Of a stretch of 64,000 nucleotides of DNA, positions 61,427 to 64,000 are shown piece by piece. Each line of letters opens with the position of its first letter. The first letter of the stretch is position 1. The position numbers and the translations under genes are program-made. The notes below the pieces were generated by a model. It ran no database searches. It saw nothing but the letters and a program-made list of their open reading frames with translations, and was not told the origin of the DNA. The stretch spans positions 8,828 to 72,827 of IMG/VR virus record IMGVR_UViG_3300031938_000001; one strand, 5' to 3'. The DNA comes from a virus (lineage: Duplodnaviria; Caudoviricetes).

Positions 61427-63982
61427 TCACCCCACCAACCGTGTCTCGAGGAACTTCACGACGTTGGGCACGTCCTCGATGGAGTCGAGCCGCACCGTTG
61501 GGATGCCGTACTTCGACTCGGGTTCGATGTTGTTCACACCGACGGCCACGAGGACGTAGCCCTTGCGGTCGATCACCTTCATCTCGTCGTACAGCACCGA
61601 CAGTTCCTCGTGGTAGTTCTCGGCAGGCATCGCGCCGTCGGTGTAGTACATGATCACCTTGTCCGTGACCACCTGCCGGTCACACACCTTGCGGTAGAAC
61701 TCCAGCGTGTGCCCATCGAGGTTGGCTGCCGAGGCGTAGAGGTCGCGCAGGAGGTTGCGCTGCGTGTTTGTCCAAGGGTCCTCGGGTGACTTCACGGTGT
61801 AGATATGAAGGTCGTAGGTGCCAGCGTTCGAGGGTCCGCCTGTGTGGGCGTACACCGCGAACTTCACCCCGGTGCGATGGAGGAGCTCTGCCTGTGCGAG
61901 CGCGGCCGACTTGATGCGTTGCACCCTGCTGCCGCCGGTCGAGCCGGAGATGTCCAGCCCGATCACGACGAAGTAGTCCTTCTTGCCGGGCAGGCTCGGC
62001 TTGTAGAACAGTCGTTCGTCTCCGGTCGCGGCGCGGCGCCCGAGGGTGCGACTGTTGATCCGGCCAGCCTTGAGGTTGCGTTCCTTCTTGCGCTTGTGGT
62101 TGTCCGCGAAGGCCAGCCGCATGCGCAGCAGGGACGGGCCGAGGATCGACTCCCCGGCCTCCTCCATGCCGGTGTGGGCGCTCTCGCCGTGCGACCATGC
62201 GTTGTACGGACCAAAGGGACTTCCGTCGCCGTTCTTCGCGATCTGCACGCCGAACAGTCCGTGGCTCGGGCGGTCGAAGTGCTCACCCTGCACGATGGCG
62301 CGGTCGATCTCGGCGGTGTCGCGCTCGGGGTCGATGTCCTCGGTCTTGCCGGCCTCTTCGTCGGGCATGCCGGGGGGTGAGTCGCTCGGGAAGTACCCAC
62401 TGTTGTCGTGGCCGAGGAACTTCTCGATGTCGGTCAGCGCCTCGTCCGGCTCGCCGTCGGCCTCGAAGTCGTCGGTGTCACCCTCGGCATCACCCTCCTC
62501 GCCCTCCATGCCAGCGCCCGCACCGGAGCCAAGGCCACCGGCCTCGCCGGAACCTTCGGCGTCGTCGCCCTGCTCGCCTGTGCCAGCGCTGTCGTCGGAG
62601 TCGAAGTCGTCGTCGCCCTCCTCGCCACCGGATGCGTCGTCGGCATCCTCGCCACCGTCACCCATGGGCGCGTCCTCGTCGTCGCCATCGGTGGGCGAAT
62701 CTCCATGCGCGTCGTCATTCTCGGGCTCGCCAACGTCGGCCGTGCCATCACCGGGCGCCTCGTCCTCGTCCTCGTCGTCGGCATCTGCGCTCGGGTCGGA
62801 CGCGCCAGCGCCGGACCCTTCGCCGTCGGCCTCGTCACCCTCCTCGGTGCCGTCCTCGTCGCCGTCGTCGGGCGCCGAGCCGGATGCCTCGCTGTCGCCG
62901 TCGGCCTCCTCGTCGTCGTCGCCGGACGATGATCCCGTCGAGTCCTCGTCGGGCGCCTCGTCGGTGTCGCCGCTACCGCCGCTAGAGTCGCTGTCGCTCG
63001 AGTCGTCCTTGTCGTCGCTGTCGCCCGTCTCGCCACGGTCCTTCTTCTCGAAGACGGGCTCGGGGGCGTCGTCCTCGGGGTCCTCATCGGAGACGAGGAA
63101 CCCATGGGCGCGGGCTGCCTCGAGCACGCCGAACGCCATCTCGTACACACCGCGAGCCGAGCGCACAGTGGCCGCGTGCCGCAGTGCCAGACGCATGTCC
63201 TCGCTGTCGAGCGCCTCGGCCACCTTCTCGTCGAGCAGGCCACCACCATACGGGTAGCCGCACAACTTGAGCAGCACGCCGACGATCAACTGTGAGTTGA
63301 GCGGCCGGTCACGCCAGAACCACACCGACCCATCCATCTCGGTGACGCCCTGCTCGAGGACCTTGAGGTAGCGGGAGGTGAACGCTGCCCGAGTGCCGGG
63401 GCGCGCAGTCTGCAGCGCCGCGTTGACTCGCCAGTCCTCCATGCCGTTGATGAGCATCGGGAAGTATGGACTGATGAACTGTGCCATGCCCATGTACGAG
63501 AGCCCGGTGGGCGACACCGCCTCGATGTGGGCGACTCCCGCCTCGACGCGCCGCTTGATCTTGCCGGCTCGAGTGCTGCTGTCGCTCGGGTCACCTGCAG
63601 CGCTCAGCGCTCGCATAAGGAGGTCGCGCTTGTCTGCGTCGGGCACCGGGGCGAAGGTGTCGAAGGCGATGTGAGCGATCTCGTGGTAGAGGCCGGTCAT
63701 GATCTCCTCGTGGCGCATGCACGCCGGGCAGATCGGCCCGTACACATCCCTCTTCTCGCAGATGGTGCGCTGGTGTTCGATGTCGTCACCGAGTTCGATC
63801 GGTGGGCGAAGGTAGATGACCTTGCCGTCGGTGTGAGGCGACCCGGCGGAGAGCTGGACTCGCACCGTGTCGTCCCGAGTGATCATCTTGGCAAAGCCGG
63901 TGAGGCCGGGCACCATGCGCCGGAACCTCTCGACGGCCAGCCGGGCGCGGATCACTCGAGGGTCGTCGGCCTCGGCGGACAC
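61427..63982 (-). CDS. HEXXH-containing protein with an acidic linker and C-terminal VWA (CobT-like) domain
   Basis: YHEIAH; MEDWRVN; about 200-aa Asp/Glu/Gly/Ser linker; MIDAS IGLDISGST, NLDG, YTDG; frame is still open at the window end, so the start may lie outside. Confidence 0.85.
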   Translation of the reverse strand: MSAEADDPRVIRARLAVERFRRMVPGLTGFAKMITRDDTVRVQLSAGSPHTDGKVIYLRPPIELGDDIEHQRTICEKRDVYGPICPACMRHEEIMTGLYHEIAHIAFDTFAPVPDADKRDLLMRALSAAGDPSDSSTRAGKIKRRVEAGVAHIEAVSPTGLSYMGMAQFISPYFPMLINGMEDWRVNAALQTARPGTRAAFTSRYLKVLEQGVTEMDGSVWFWRDRPLNSQLIVGVLLKLCGYPYGGGLLDEKVAEALDSEDMRLALRHAATVRSARGVYEMAFGVLEAARAHGFLVSDEDPEDDAPEPVFEKKDRGETGDSDDKDDSSDSDSSGGSGDTDEAPDEDSTGSSSGDDDEEADGDSEASGSAPDDGDEDGTEEGDEADGEGSGAGASDPSADADDEDEDEAPGDGTADVGEPENDDAHGDSPTDGDDEDAPMGDGGEDADDASGGEEGDDDFDSDDSAGTGEQGDDAEGSGEAGGLGSGAGAGMEGEEGDAEGDTDDFEADGEPDEALTDIEKFLGHDNSGYFPSDSPPGMPDEEAGKTEDIDPERDTAEIDRAIVQGEHFDRPSHGLFGVQIAKNGDGSPFGPYNAWSHGESAHTGMEEAGESILGPSLLRMRLAFADNHKRKKERNLKAGRINSRTLGRRAATGDERLFYKPSLPGKKDYFVVIGLDISGSTGGSRVQRIKSAALAQAELLHRTGVKFAVYAHTGGPSNAGTYDLHIYTVKSPEDPWTNTQRNLLRDLYASAANLDGHTLEFYRKVCDRQVVTDKVIMYYTDGAMPAENYHEELSVLYDEMKVIDRKGYVLVAVGVNNIEPESKYGIPTVRLDSIEDVPNVVKFLETRLVG

Positions 63983-64000
63983 GCGGAGGCTGCGAGCGAG

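Overview
A 64-kb segment of a high-GC tailed dsDNA phage of Actinobacteria, siphovirus-like. Both window ends fall in or next to genes, so the genome is probably longer or circularly permuted. From left to right: (i) 1-3.8 kb, rightward small genes with a MazG-like fragment and a tRNA-Leu(CAA); (ii) 4.0-7.1 kb, a leftward replication cassette (AEP primase plus a CHC2 Zn-finger/DUF3987-like P-loop protein); (iii) 7.5-35.75 kb, a rightward virion and lysis operon (unusual TerS-position protein, TerL, portal, Com-like Zn finger, protease/scaffold, capsid, neck, tail tube, frameshifted tail chaperones, 1882-aa tape measure, tail tip proteins, holin, amidase endolysin, membrane proteins) ending at a strong hairpin; (iv) 35.9-64 kb, a leftward early/DNA-metabolism arm (two DNA methyltransferases, Cas4-like nuclease, WhiB, RusA, DUF4406, sliding clamp, oligoribonuclease, SNF2 helicase, SSB-like protein, XerC-like recombinase, HEXXH/VWA protein, many small ORFans). 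The best novel signal is a WhiB Fe-S transcription-factor domain that is missing from the ORF track and has no ATG/GTG/TTG upstream of its cysteines. It becomes reachable by a -1 slip on an in-frame G GGA AAA heptamer at the end of the upstream ORF, which would be a second programmed frameshift outside the tail chaperone. Other candidates: a phage-encoded LAXTG (class E sortase-type) cell-wall protein, an R-S-E type ADP-ribosyltransferase-like ORF, a TGT-like/Cys4 domain fused to the TerS-position protein, a recombinase overprinted by the upstream ORF, a hairpin-dense non-coding block and a repeated upstream element. All family assignments come from motif recognition by eye; no database searches were run.
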